Shown here: positions 1-13,120 of the stretch, piece by piece
How positions within the stretch are numbered: position 1 is the stretch's first letter
Layout of the letters: each line of letters starts with the position of its first letter
NCBI GenBank assembly: GCA_964234715.1
Contig: OZ174276.1
Source of the DNA: Podarcis melisellensis
Lineage: Eukaryota
Direction: 5' to 3' (one strand)
DNA: 64,000 nucleotides
Position numbers and translations under genes: made by a program
The notes under the pieces: model-generated
What the model was told of the DNA's origin: nothing
Database searches by the model: none
What the model saw: the letters and a program-made list of their open reading frames with translations, nothing else

Positions 1-1145
1 TCAGAGGAGAAGGCGCTGATGAGAACCAACTGACTTCATTCTTCTTAAGCAGAGCTTCCAGCAGCAATCAGACCTTCCTGCTTCATTGGATTCCCTGACC
101 CCTGAACCATCTGACCATGCGGGTTGCTGTTTGCCTGACCCTAGGACTTGATCTGACTTTGGATGCTGACTCTGCCTCCAGACACTTCTGGTTGGCTGGC
201 CTCCCACTCCACTGAGCTCTGCAGGTTGTGGCTCAGCAACGAGACTACATCATGCTACTGTTTAAAAAGACTCTGTTATTGAAAATTCTGTGTGTGCCTG
301 TTTTTCTGTGTCCAAGGCAAAGTCCTAGCTTGGGGCGGCGGGGGGGGGGGAGGCTAGCCAGGTTTTCTGCCCCAGGTGAAGTCTCCAGAGGGGCCTCACT
401 GAGGCTCCCAGCCTGTGTGTATGTGTGTACGCAAATGTGCATGGGTCTGGTTACCAAACTGGGTCTTTGACCCGGATGAAATAAAGCCTAGTTTTGCCGC
501 CTTTCCAAGGAAGCCTAGTCATGTCTCCAAACATTTAAGAGCTCAAAAGGGCCTGTCCTTCATTGACACAACTACATTGCTGGCCACCCTCAGCCTTAAG
601 TGGCTTCTGTTATCTCGGTGGAGCTTCCTTGAGACTGTCAGCCTTAGATAGGATGCCTCTGCTGTCTTCGTCCTGTGATGCAAGACAGTAACCAAGCCTG
701 ATCTAGAAGGGCATTGTCTCACTCCTCCAATCCTTTGCTTCTCACATCTTGTGCCCTATCAGACAACATATCTCATTCTATATACCAAGAACCTCCATCT
801 ACCAGTTGGCACACAGGATCTACAACCCCTGTAGACTTGTGATCAGTCAGCAGCTTCAGAGGACATGGACAAGACAGAATTGCACTCATTTCCAAGTTTA
901 TTTTCTTATCACAGAGACTTCAGCGGTCTTCCAGTTTGACCAACTTACCTGTTGTCAATGATGTACTCATTATCAGCAATTTTTGTCTGTTTACCAGGCC
1001 TAGAATTACTATTTTAATGCCTGGTTTCACGTTTAGCCAGGCACAACTTTCACTCGGGGGGGGGGGGACACATACAGAGACATATTTGAACAACCAATTA
1101 ATGCTGAATTCCTATGCATGTTTACTTGGGTGTAAGCTCCACTGT

Positions 1146-1510
1146 GTGGGACGCAGGTGGCGCTGTGGGTTAAAGCCTCAGCGCCTAGGACTTGCCGATC
1201 GAAAGGTTGGCGGTTCGAATCCCTGCGGCGGGGTGCGCTCCCGCTGCTCGGTCCCAGCGCCTGCCAACCTAGCAGTTCGAAAGCACCTCCGGGTGCAAGT
1301 AGATAAATAGGGACCGCTTACCAGTGGGAAGGTAAACGGCGTTTCCGTGTGCGGCTCTGGCTCGCCAGAGCAGCGATGTCACGCTGGCCACGTGACCCGG
1401 AAGTGTCTCCGGACAGCGCTGGCCCCTGGCCTCTTAAGTGAGATGGGCGCACAACCCCAGAGTCTGTCAAGACTGGCCCGTACGGGCAGGGGTACCTTTA
1501 CCTTTACCTT
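1146..1510 (+). mobile_element. Sauria SINE, full length, 13-bp TSD
   Basis: tRNA-like head (GGTGGCGCTGTGG ... GGTTCGAATCC B box), (ACCTTT)n tail, TSD TAAGCTCCACTGT at 1133-1145 and 1511-1523. Confidence 0.9.
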
Positions 1511-1664
1511 TAAGCTCCACTGTAAGCATTGGAGCCTTCTCTTCAGTAAGCATGTTTAGGATTGCAGCATAAGGCCCACTCAACTTGTTGATGAAGTAAA
1601 CCTGAATAGGATCATACTGCAAGAAAATATAACTTTAAGGCCATTATTTCATACATTTAGGTAA

Positions 1665-1744
1665 CAATCCTAACCATGGTTCCCTGGGAGTAAGCCCCTT
1701 TGGATTCAGTAGGCCTTACTTCTTAATAGATATGGCTAGGATTG
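1665..1744. repeat. ~80-bp palindromic interspersed repeat (CAATCCT...AGTAAG...CTTACT...AGGATTG family)
   Basis: Terminal arms CAATCCTAACCAT/ATGGCTAGGATTG; related copies at ~1103-1568 (split by a SINE), ~3986-4062 and ~9060-9146. Confidence 0.6.
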
Positions 1745-4700
1745 CTCTGTTTCTGAAGTTTAAGCACATGCTTAATTCCCAGTGTTTTGCTGTGAGTTAA
1801 GCAAATGTCCTAAATCCATTCATTTATTATGAGAGGCCCTGAAAAAAATGCAGTGTCAGATGAAGGGGTGGCCATCTGCATTACACCTACAGTAAGTAGA
1901 CTCAGAAGATGATCTCACATATATGCAACCACATGCCACTGACCATTACAGGAGGTCAACGAAACACTTCCAGTGTTGTTAATTTCCTCCCTTCCCCCTT
2001 CCACTAGGTAAGTATGCTGCCTTTGCTTCTTTGAATTACTACTGATGCTGTTTTGCAACTGGTACTTAAGGGTTTTTGAGGTGGTTGCATTAAATCTGCC
2101 ATCCAGCAGAGCTGAAATCCTAGTGGTTAAATAGGTACTTCAAAAAGTACAATTGGGTGTAAGGTTTCTTGCAGCAATCAAACTGGGGGTTGATTATGTA
2201 GATATGAGAGTTTACTCATATCTAGAAAAGCTGCTGAAGCTATGATTTCTTCCTTTCTTCCAAAACCTGTGCTATGTGCTGGCACATCTACACAAATGGC
2301 TTACACAACATTCTTGCAATAGTTATGTGCTGTTGTGCTACAACTAGTCACGCCCAATTCTAAATGTGCATAAACTGGCATAGCAGGTCCTGGGACCAGG
2401 CCACAAACCTCATGGTTTATTTGCTAAATAAGGAGGAAGCAGTAATAGAAAGATCTATTGTCAACCAGCTACCAGTACTGTATTCAATTGGCACATTCCT
2501 TTCTCTTTGCTACATTGATACTGTATTACATTTGCTCCCTGTCTTATTCTGTTTCCAAGCACATTGCCCTTAGTGTATTTCTGCTATGTTTATATTACCG
2601 TATAAAAGGAAGAGGACCTGGCACTATGTAGCTGCTTCATTTTAGCAGGTTCTAAAAGTAACATTGAATTTAAGCTCAAACACTAAAGAGGTGTGTGGGG
2701 AAGGGGAATCCCATGACGCTCTCACTTGTCTCTCTAGATCATTTTGATGCTGGTGTGTTCCATTTAAAAGAATAATCAGCAAATGGCTTATTATCAAGAA
2801 AAAGTTATTTGTTTGCACTAATCAAGCCTTAAACTTGGAAGCGTAATGCAGAACTAATTCCTTTTAACTAACTAATCAACATGTTTCATTCATAAGTTGG
2901 GATTTATCAATATAGCACATGAAAGGAGAGAACATATTATTATTTCAATTTAGATAATATGCAAAAAGCACTGTGTTTGTAATGACCTGCTTTCACTGAA
3001 TATAATCAAGCTGCAAAGCTCTATTACAGGCTGGAAATAGCAGCAGCTTACTTTAATGAGATTGCTGGCTCTGGGCCCCAGCTGTTCTGTGCAGGGCTGT
3101 CCCCTTGCTCTATGACCTACCAATATGTGCTGTCACCAGTAATGAGACAGACCTGGTTCCCTAACATGGGGGGAGAAAACTACTAAGCATGTGCTCTTTC
3201 TACCATCCCAGCAGACACCCCAGATTCTTTTTCTCCCCAATGAAGGGGAAAGTGGAATATTAAACATGCAACCACTCTCTTCCACAAGCCGGCCTTTGTT
3301 GCCTGAAATAAACCCGGCAAGCCAGAAGATTCAGAATCTTAAGCCTAAGATTTTCATTTTGCTGCTCCAAAGTGCATTTAAGAATTGCTACTTACTGGGT
3401 ATTATGTGCCGTTATATGCCAATAGGGCACAGTTCAATATGGCTTTGTCCCCAAAGGCTCCTGAACCCTCTGGTATTTTGCAATGTATGGCAAAATGTGT
3501 GATTATACACATTTTAGAGTAGGGTGTGAATTCTATGGATTTTGTGGGTTTATGGTAGATCAAAAGCTGCAATGGAAATGTGCCAGGAGTTGAAAAATCT
3601 GCACCTGATCTGCATAAAACACAGCAGATTGCAGATGCTCTGGTTGTTAATACAGAGAATACAGCCTAGAGACTACCAGTCCCATCAAGCAATTATCCAT
3701 CTTCATCAGAGAAGCCGCCTCAGTATGATCAAGAGAGAATCTAGGATTTTCAGGCATGTAGCCTCTGAATGCTCCAGCGTTGAAATCTGACATTGGAGAC
3801 TCTTTAAAGGCTTTGTTTTAAAACACCAAGATAAACAGGCCGTAATGTATATGCAATTCACAAAACCTTCATGCCTATGTTACATTGGGGTGCATTCTGA
3901 AAAAAACCTAATGCAACACTATTTTAGTTTGCTGTTTCATTTGTTTTGTATCTGCAGAAAGTTATACCCTCCCACCACACACTTAGCTGCAAGCTTATAT
4001 CCGCTTACTTGGGAGTAAGTGCCATTCAACTCAACACAGCTTACCTCTGTGAGTAGACATACAGTGCTGGACATCACTGGTACATAAGATCAAAACAGTA
4101 TTCTGTAGTTTTATCCCAGATATATTCGCTAAGGCTGATTGAGATGGGAGGCTTCTGTGGAATTAATTGCCAGACTTTTGTGTACATCGATGTGAGTACC
4201 ACCACTCTTAAAATGCTACCTATTTCTGGGTCTAAATTATTTATGCATTTGTTATATATTACATGAGCTGTTAAACCTGGGGCATTTTTGCCGCGTCAGG
4301 CCATTCTCAAGAAGCACATTACATACAATGAATCTCTTCCACTACATTAAAGAACGGGCAAATACAACTGCATGTGATACCATTCATTAATATTACATAA
4401 TTACTACATCTGAAATAGTTCTTTGGGCACTGATGTCTTTAAAAGAGAGAGTGGGGAGAGAGGGAGGAAGGGAGAGAAAGAGACTGAAGGCTGCAAGGCA
4501 GTGAATTCTATTAAACGCTTGTTTAACATATGAGGGTATATAAATACATAGTACCTTAATGCAATCATAGAAAAATAGCAAAGATGGCTTTATTAAATGA
4601 TGCTATTAGCACATATAATGTGCCCTATGCAGAATTTAAATGGTTTACTGAGCTTATAGAACAAGTCTTTGCTGTTGCAGTGGATGATCAGGGACACAAC

Positions 4701-7700
4701 ATAATGCAGAAATCCAGATCTGCAATTCCAGTTTGCCTCAGACAAAAGGCTGTGAGTGTTTAAGAGAGATCACTTATAGTGTTGCTGTGGTCTAAGGCGG
4801 CAATCCTACACACCCATTCATAAACACCCACAGACACTTAGCTAGGAGGTAGATCACCATGAAGAAAATGGTATGGCCCCCACCGACCAGCAAGTAAAAC
4901 ATGCATAGGACTGCACTGGAAAATATGCAATTTGGAAACAAAAGATTTTCCTTAAATTTGGTCTATTCTATATTAGCTACTGCTTGGTTGCCTGGAGATA
5001 ACTCAATCAGAGATAGCTGAGGGAGGAGAAAGTGAATGATGCTGAGTCTTTTCTTCTGTCAGATGTCCTTTCTACCATTGTACACAAAGACTACTTGTCA
5101 TACGTGGCATATTAGAGATGTCACTCAGAAATATGAATGATGAACATAGTGGCCTCCCAGCCCAAGCTGCACTTGACCATCCAAAAAAATGGCTACAGAG
5201 TTCCAGCCACCAAATAATGACTACTTCAAACATTGGAAACTTCAAATATAGAAAACTGATTTGGTCTATAAAAGAAATGGATGCTTAGCTTATACAAACA
5301 GATGCCCTCACTCCAATATGGCACTCCTTTTTTTCTAGGCTAAGAAGATTGGATCCTTTCATATTTGTAGAATAGGAGGCTGTATGTTAAAACAAATAAA
5401 GTGATAAAATCAGCAAAACAAAACACAGTTAAAGAAGCATATGTGGCCACTATCAGCAACTGAGAAGTCATGTGGTTGTTTTATCTGCACTATGCTGACT
5501 GACAAGGCCAAGGGCTCGGCTTTCCTCAAGCCAGATGATACTCTGACAGTTGTAATCCACAAAGGTAACTCAAGTCGCCTTCCCCCTGGCTTGAAAGGAA
5601 AGGCGCCTTTTGAGAGACCATCTTTATTCAAGAGTCTCCATCTTGAAGGGAGATGATATTAGAAGTATATGATGGAAGTGGTATGGCTGTTAACAGAACA
5701 CTAGCAGTCATGGATATTGTAACAGAGGTCTGAGAAAGGCCTAGGTAGCAAATATATCTGCAAGGTAGATTTTTGAGGAAATACTTCATAATTTATTTTG
5801 TTTTCAACCTTCTGAAGCAACATAGTCATGGCTGTGTTTGCAAGGAAAAAACCCTTGTCTTGCGTTGACACCAGGTGGCTCCTGGCAGTAGCCATGTGTT
5901 CTAGCTCCTGAGCCCAAGTCTAGTTTGTCAGGTCAGGGAGTTAAGGTGCTGGGCATTTTTCTGAGAAAATACATTGAATGGAGTGTACTATGTGACTTAA
6001 GTAAGGAAGGTAGTTGGTGCAGCATAAAACAGGATTCTGACAAAACCTGCTGTTGTGCAACATTCCAAAGAGAACTGAAAAAGGATTTTACTCTAAGAAA
6101 ACCTGCCTGATAGCATGTTAGGCCCAGTCGCGAGGCAACTTCACTGGGCATTTTTGCACTGCAAACAGGTAAGTGTAGTCCTGAAGTGTCTTCCTGTGAA
6201 GATACCCTGATATGTGGGATGTTACCACAGCATGTTCACACAGTGAACTATGCGCATTTGTTAACGGCAAGGGATGGTTATAGCATTTCCTACGTAGAAG
6301 TGAATCCCATATAAGAATTTAGCTATATATTATATGAACCTGAGAGTTCTAAGGCAGGATTCTGGCAGGAAAGAGGAACTCGGGTGGCTGAAACCAGTCC
6401 CAAACTTGACACAGGAGCATAGGGAGCAGCCTTATACTAAGACAGAAAATTGCTCCATCTAAGCTAGTTTCACTATTTTAACAAGCCATGGTTCTTCATG
6501 GTCTTAGATGGAGGTCTTTCATATTTCCTGCTACCTGGTCAGGTTTTGCAACAATCTCAACAGCAGAGATTCCAGCAGAAATTGATAAATGGCCCCTTAT
6601 TGGCATTCTTCCCAACCCTGAAGTGGAGAACAAGGTGGAAAACTGTAAAGATCTATCTCAACTCCAAAGTTCTCTTTAGCCCTTTCTCTCTGTTATTGCC
6701 TTGTGTCCACCCACAACTTCATTGGACAGGTGTGGATACATCCACTCCCCATTCTCAATAACGCCTACATCTGTTTTCAAACAGAGACACTGTGGAGCAA
6801 TGCAGAATCAATCGGCAATGAGCTTTTATCTTTAGAATGAAACCACTTGGTCAAGAAGTGATTTTCAGGGGAGAAAGATACATCTAGTGAACATTGGGGG
6901 AACACGGCTGCAACAGTGAACATGGAGCATGTGCACAATTTCCTACAAGAAACCAATAGCTATGTATTAAATTTGTCATGTATAAAAATGGCACTCAAAG
7001 TTTTGCTTGGAGGTTTGCATCAGAGGGGAGAAAATACAAATACAGAAAAAATGTTAACACTGTTAAATGAATATTGAATTACTGAATATTCATAGCGGAC
7101 ACTGCATTTCCCCAGGTACATGATCCATCTTTTTCACTGCCGTGCTTTAAAAAACATGGAATGTCTGGTTTGAATAAACATTCAAGAATTGGCTCTAGCA
7201 TTCCTGGCAAGAAAATGGTGTGTGTGTGTGCAAGGAATGCATGCACACTTTATTTGTGTGATTTTTCTAACAGAATTTTTTACAGAATATTTGTGGAATA
7301 GTTTGAGGGATTTTGTGATATGTATACAGGTGTTGGTGGGAACAGAGAATAAAAGAAGGGAAGTTGAAGTGGGCTGGAGCAGATAGGAATGACGAGAAGT
7401 GGAACAGGGTAGTACGTCATGGGGGATAAAGATGCATCTGGCACAGTGTCAAGGTACAAAGGTTTGCTTCAGCTTTGCAAAGTCACTTTGCATAATAGAA
7501 CTCTGGTTTACTAATCTTCCTGGCATATTGCAATATGCATCTACACTTGCAAGCTCTTTGGGATGGGCTGAGAAAAGGCTTTAAGGATTATTGGTTGTGG
7601 TTGTGGATTTTTTTTCTTTTGCAGTTGTCATGCAAACAGCTTCTCCTCCTCGTATTCCTCTCAGTAGTATTCAAGGGCTACTGATTTCTGCACTAAGCAC

Positions 7701-10379
7701 ATGAACACATCAACAACCGAATCTGAAAGCAGAAAATCCAAATGCCCGTGTTTTGTGTTACTAAATTTAGTCTAGTTACAATATCTGGGGATTTGCACAG
7801 TACTGCTGCTATATTCTTCCCCAAATGATGAGTAGTTCCAGGGGCAATGCTACAAGGTTTAGCTTCCATTGGAAGAGAGAGCACTGGAAACTTATGGCAC
7901 AATAGTAATATCTGCCTTGTTTATACAGTAGATGTACAAGCACAGTATAAGTGGAGGTGAGCTGGCATTCCAATAGCAGGCAGCAAATGCAGTACCCCAT
8001 GCATCAGATTTCCAGAGAGCAGTTGTTGTATCTTTTTCTCTAAGAGTTTACCACAGTTTAATCAATTTTAGCAAAAGGTTCAGTGATCTCTCTTCACCAA
8101 ATCTGCAGTTCAATCCTACAAGTGCCTAGAAGTAAGGGCCACTGAGTTCAGGCTCAGACACTTTAGCCATAGTGATAGATCAGTCAAAGTAATCAAAATG
8201 ACAAAAATGCATAAGAATGCAGGGTGTTTTTTTTAAAAAAAGCAGTGGCTAAGATGGTGTAACGGAAGTTATGAAGTGAGCAAAGGAGTTGTGAACTTTC
8301 CATTTGGATTGGCATGTGAAGGAGGATGGAGAATTGTAAGAGATACAGGTGGCCTTGGGGAGACTAAACACACACTGAGATTCACACCCATCCAATATTG
8401 CACTTCCCTGCTGTCACTTGTGATTTATCTTCTGAAAATATGGTGAAAAAGAGACGTAAAAGCCAAATCAAAATATGATTTACTACTTATGCGGTGGTAT
8501 TTAGTAAGGGCACTTCCAGTTTGTCAATTATTTTCGGGTGGGATTCAATCACATACCAGCAAATTCAGGTTGCACTAATATAGCAGTGTGCAGTAAATCC
8601 TCTTCCTCATAAGACTGGACTTTTTGCAATAAGGAAAGTGATGGGAAAATGCACTGGATGTAGGATTACATCTGCTTTGACATCACTGTGAGCAAATCAG
8701 AATGAATGCTCATCAAATAGCCAATGTCACCTAATCTTTCCACAAACAAATCAAGCTGAATGCTCAACAAACGGGTCATCTAGAAGAACCCTAACTGTAC
8801 CAAGTCAGGTAAGAAACTTTGAAAATTGAACAGTAATAAATTGCATATTGTTGGTGAAGCAGGGGGGTGCAGGAGCAGGTCAAGGATTTTAGGGTAAGCA
8901 AGTGCTACTGCTAGTGCAAAATGGCTGCTATAGATGTGGAATGCTATGAGTGATTGGTATGATGCCTTATATTTACTTTTATCTTATGCTTTTAAAGAAC
9001 CTTTAGAGTTGCTTTTGCTGGACAACAGTGGATGGTGCCATTGATGGCAATGATGTACAGCCTAAGCCAGCAAATGTTTTCTTGAAAGTAAATCTCGATG
9101 AGGTCAATGGGATTTACTCTCAAGTAACTGTGCATAGGATAGCAGCGCAAGGATCCTTGTTGTAGGAAAAGCAAGAGTGTGCTGCAGTCTGGTTTTACCA
9201 TTTTTAGAAACCAGAACATATGAGAATTACTTTCTTACACAAAACTCCTACACAACATACTGCTTGGAACTCGGCTTTCTGCTGCAACAAGAGGATGAAA
9301 ACTCCATTGTATATTTGTTAATTTTTATGTGCAAGTCTTGCTCCTTTATGTAAGAACTGTTATTTAAATAAATCTGAATGTATTGCCACTTTTTGAATAT
9401 GGGAATTATTTCTGGGCGAAAAATACCAGGTCATAAAATGCAGCGGGATGAATAAATTTGGTACCAGAATAATCGGTTTTTGAATTTCCAAAAATGGAAG
9501 ACTTTTTCAGAATTGCCTGAAGATCAAGTGTTTAATTTTATCTTTTGAATATACACAACGTTTATATTTGCAAGTTATATGGGGGGGGGGGCGGAATCCA
9601 CTGCTCTACTTATTCAATGCAGCTTACATCCAAATAACAGCATAGGAAGCTGTAGGTCAGACTATTTGGCCCAGTATTCGCAAGTACAGTATTAGCTTTG
9701 TAGGTACAATTGCAGGCAGAACTCTGGACCATCATGGGCTGTTTGGTCCTTTGGAGATAAGAGATTGAACTTGGAACCTACAACATGCAAAACATAAATT
9801 ATACCACTTAAAGTCCCTGCTGCCCTTAGAACTGCAACCTTAAATGCTCCACTTTGCTTATGCAGTGCAAAGGGGAGATCCCTGCTCTCAACGTTTTTAT
9901 TTTTGTCATTATAATCAGGGTGACAGCACTGGCATAGCATAGCCAGGATTTATAGGGGGAGGGAAGATCAATGTTTTGGGGGGCAGAACTGAGCTATCTT
10001 TGATGTGTTTGGTCAGTTAGTTAAGCATTTTTATTTATTTACTTTATGGGGGGGTGCTGCCCACCTTGCCCACCCCTCACTACACCCAGGGGTGGCAGCT
10101 TCCTTGTGGCCTACTAAATGCTCATCATTGAAGACAATTTCTCTTAAGGCTAGGATTACTGTCCATGCAGTCAGAGGTCGCGTGTAAAGTCACATTTCTT
10201 TGCACTCAACCTCCCTTGAGTGACAAGGACATACTTCGTTCTTGTGATCGGGTCAGGAGGATCCATCCATGCACCTCACTCAACAGCAGCACTGGCTAGC
10301 GATGCCTTAGTCAAATGTGTTTTTGCCCCCTTTACATTCCCCCGATGGCTTCCCTTGGTGAGCCACCCTCCCCCTCCCA

Positions 10380-11110
10380 CACCTTAGCTGTCTGCACTAG
10401 GAGGGGTCCCTACTCTCTTCTTCCGAGCAGATGGTGCCTTGGCTGAGATCGGTCCCTCACTCCCTGCCCCGAGGGCTGCCAGGAGCCGGCTCCTCCTCTC
10501 TCTGGGCTAGCAGGTGTGTCTCCCGGCAACTCTCGGAGGGGCTTGCCACGGAGGCCATGCTCCCCCGCCACCTCCTCGGTCCCACTGGTCTCTTTCGCAA
10601 GAGCCAGTAGGTAAGGCACGAACTGCCCTTTCAAGGGTCTCTTCCCTCCCCCTCCCCCTCCTTTCCACTTTCGTGCTGCCGTTCCTGCTTCCTCCTTTCT
10701 TTCGGGTCAGAAGGAGGGTTTCTCCCGCTAGCTCTCCTAACGACAAGGTAGCATTGCCCTCCAGCTCCTCCGAGGGGTTTGGAGCAGAGGCAAGGCTTGT
10801 GCCCCCAAACAGACGGCCCTCGTCTCCTCTTCCTGCCACCTTCAGGCTGCCTCTCCCCCCTCCCCATCTTGCAACCCCAGCCTAGTGGTGGGCGCTCTCT
10901 CCCGGCTCCCTTTTGCGGATCCCAGCCCCGCCGCCTTCCTGCTTGCATCCGGGGTTGCCGGCGCTGCAGATGCGCTCAGGGGCAGAAGCAGCTTCGGTTT
11001 TCTGCCAGATCCGGCGAGGAGGGTGCAGCCCGGCCCTGCGGTTGGCAAGAGCCACGTATAAGTTTGAAAGTCATGCCGCCCGTCGCCATGGCTAATCTTT
11101 GATCACCCTA
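10380..11110. promoter_or_regulatory. Second, upstream CpG/GC-rich island
   Basis: CpG-rich, C-rich top strand, separated from the main island by an AT-richer ~1 kb; the ORFs here are low-complexity artefacts. Confidence 0.5.
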
Positions 11111-12179
11111 ACGCACCGACAAAGGCGTGCTGGCATTTAAAGGAACCTTGGCCCTCGCAAGTTTCAAGCCGTCTGTTCAGCGACAGCACAGAGAGGCGTT
11201 AACCCTGGATAGGATTCATAAGTAAATTGTTAAGCTGCCAACGGCGATTTCCGTCTTTGGTATGTATGTGCCAAACATGTGCCTTTTCGTGTTGCGGAAA
11301 TAGAGACATGCGGGGGGCATGAGAGGTCGGTCCATAAGGGAATGTTTGGTTAGGTGAAAAGTACGGTTATCACCAAGTAAGACCAAACACACCCACACAG
11401 CAAAGGAGGTGCCCTTTGGTTTCCTGTCGATGCAACATCCATAAGGACATAATTGGGTCTGGCCTGTTCTGTGGGTTCACAGAGCGCTCGCTTGTGCTTA
11501 GCCAAATCCTTTCTGTCTCATCTGGTTTGCACCTTGCAGTAAAAACTGACACCTGGAAGAGATCGAAAGTCTCTCCCCGCAACCAGTCTTTTCTTCTTCA
11601 CCCTTTCTGCACTCTCCCCAAAGTCCCCGCAGGAGAGGAAGCTTAGTATTTCCAGCAAAATGGTTTTTATCGAGGTATTCTCAAGATCCTTGCAGTTTAA
11701 ACTTCCTCATTGCCTGGAGCAGAGGCCGAAGGAGGAGAAATATGAACTGTCATGGAAGGCGAAACGTACAACATGTTCCTGAGGGGTGACCTGAAATGAA
11801 AACTATTCTTTAAAAAAAGCATTTTCTACCAGTCACACGACTTAAACTGGGGCCAACCTCTCTCTTAATTTCGATGCAGAGTTCTTCGAATACGTGGTCG
11901 CCTATATATATTTAAGCGACCTATTCGAATAAAAACTCTGCATCTATGTGTGCTGGAAATTAAACCTGCACCTGCCTCTTTCTCTCTCACACACATACTT
12001 AATACATATAAATATATATAAATGCATATATGTGTGTTTGATGCAGCTTTAATTTCCAGCACATAAAACAAGCCAATCTTCAGTGAGCCCTTTAACCAAT
12101 GATAAAACCTTAACATCTGCCATATTCAAAAATGGCTGTTTAAGCGAGGCCAACTATAATTTCACCTGTCACGGGAGTT

Positions 12180-13120
12180 TCCCCGACCTAAACCAACATG
12201 TCCGCCTTGGTTCGCTCTGAGGAAAAGAAAACTGCCCAAAGCAAAGATGGCCGCCGCGCCGAACAATTTCTGCCCTCATCCAAAAGGGCTGCCGACTCCC
12301 GCAGTTCCTCTTCTGGCTTAGGGAGAGGCGGCCTAGCGGTTGAGGAGGAGAGGGAGGGGCGTGGCCGCTGCCAGAGAAGGGAGAGACGGGGGGGGGAAAG
12401 AGGCGTGGCTTCTCTGAACCGGAAGTGCCGCGCTGCCTGTCTCCAGCTGGTTGTCATTTCGATCGGAGGCTCGGTCCTGTGGAGACGAAGACGACGACGG
12501 TGGCGGCGGCGGCGGCTGAGGCGGCCGGGCCGGAGTGGCGAACCGGCGGATCGACAGAGTAGCCCAGCGCCTCGTGACTAAACAGAAGCCCCCCCCGGTC
12601 CTCCCGCCCGAGAAACAGTTGTGTTACATGAGGGGAAAAGAACGACGCCGGGAGGAGCCGAGGCGGAGGAGAAGCAGCCGCAGCCTCAGCAGCAGCCGCC
12701 GCAGCCCCGGAGCATCAGCAGCGGGAGGAAAGGCAGGACCCCTGGGAGCCGCCACCGCCACCGCCACCGCCGCCTCCCTCGCCGCCTCCTCCTCCACCCT
12801 CCGGAGCCAGGCTTGATATTGCCCCTCCCTGCTCTTTCGCCACCCAGCGATCCTCGTGACCCTCCCTCCCTTGAGAAACCGGCTCCCATGGGGGAGAGAG
12901 GAGCCCGGCCCCCCGCCAGCGCCATCCCCTCCCCGCCGGAGACTGCGCCCCTCCTGAGGTAAAAGTCCTTCTGCGGGGGTGGGGGTGAAATCCCTGCTCT
13001 CTTTCATTCTCCCCCCCCCTTCCGAGGGAGCAAGGGCGGTATCAGCCCTATATATTCCTCCTCACCTTCCCCCACCTTCGAAAGAGGTTCGTCTCTCTTC
13101 TCTCCAACCCTCCCCACGCC
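12180..13120 (+). promoter_or_regulatory. CPEB4: CpG-island promoter / TSS region of CPEB4 (TSS probably ~12430-12460)
   Basis: Very high GC and CpG density; ETS/GABP site ACCGGAAGTG 12418-12427; YY1-like AAGATGGCCGCC 12244-12255; GGC/GCC repeats. The TSS position is inferred. Confidence 0.75.

Noticed and set aside
1-470. Possible 3' part of a solo LTR ending GGTTACCA
   Set aside because: Truncated by the window edge; no TSD, PBS or second LTR to support it.
1146-1225. tRNA-like A/B boxes
   Set aside because: SINE head, not a tRNA gene; no cloverleaf or acceptor stem.
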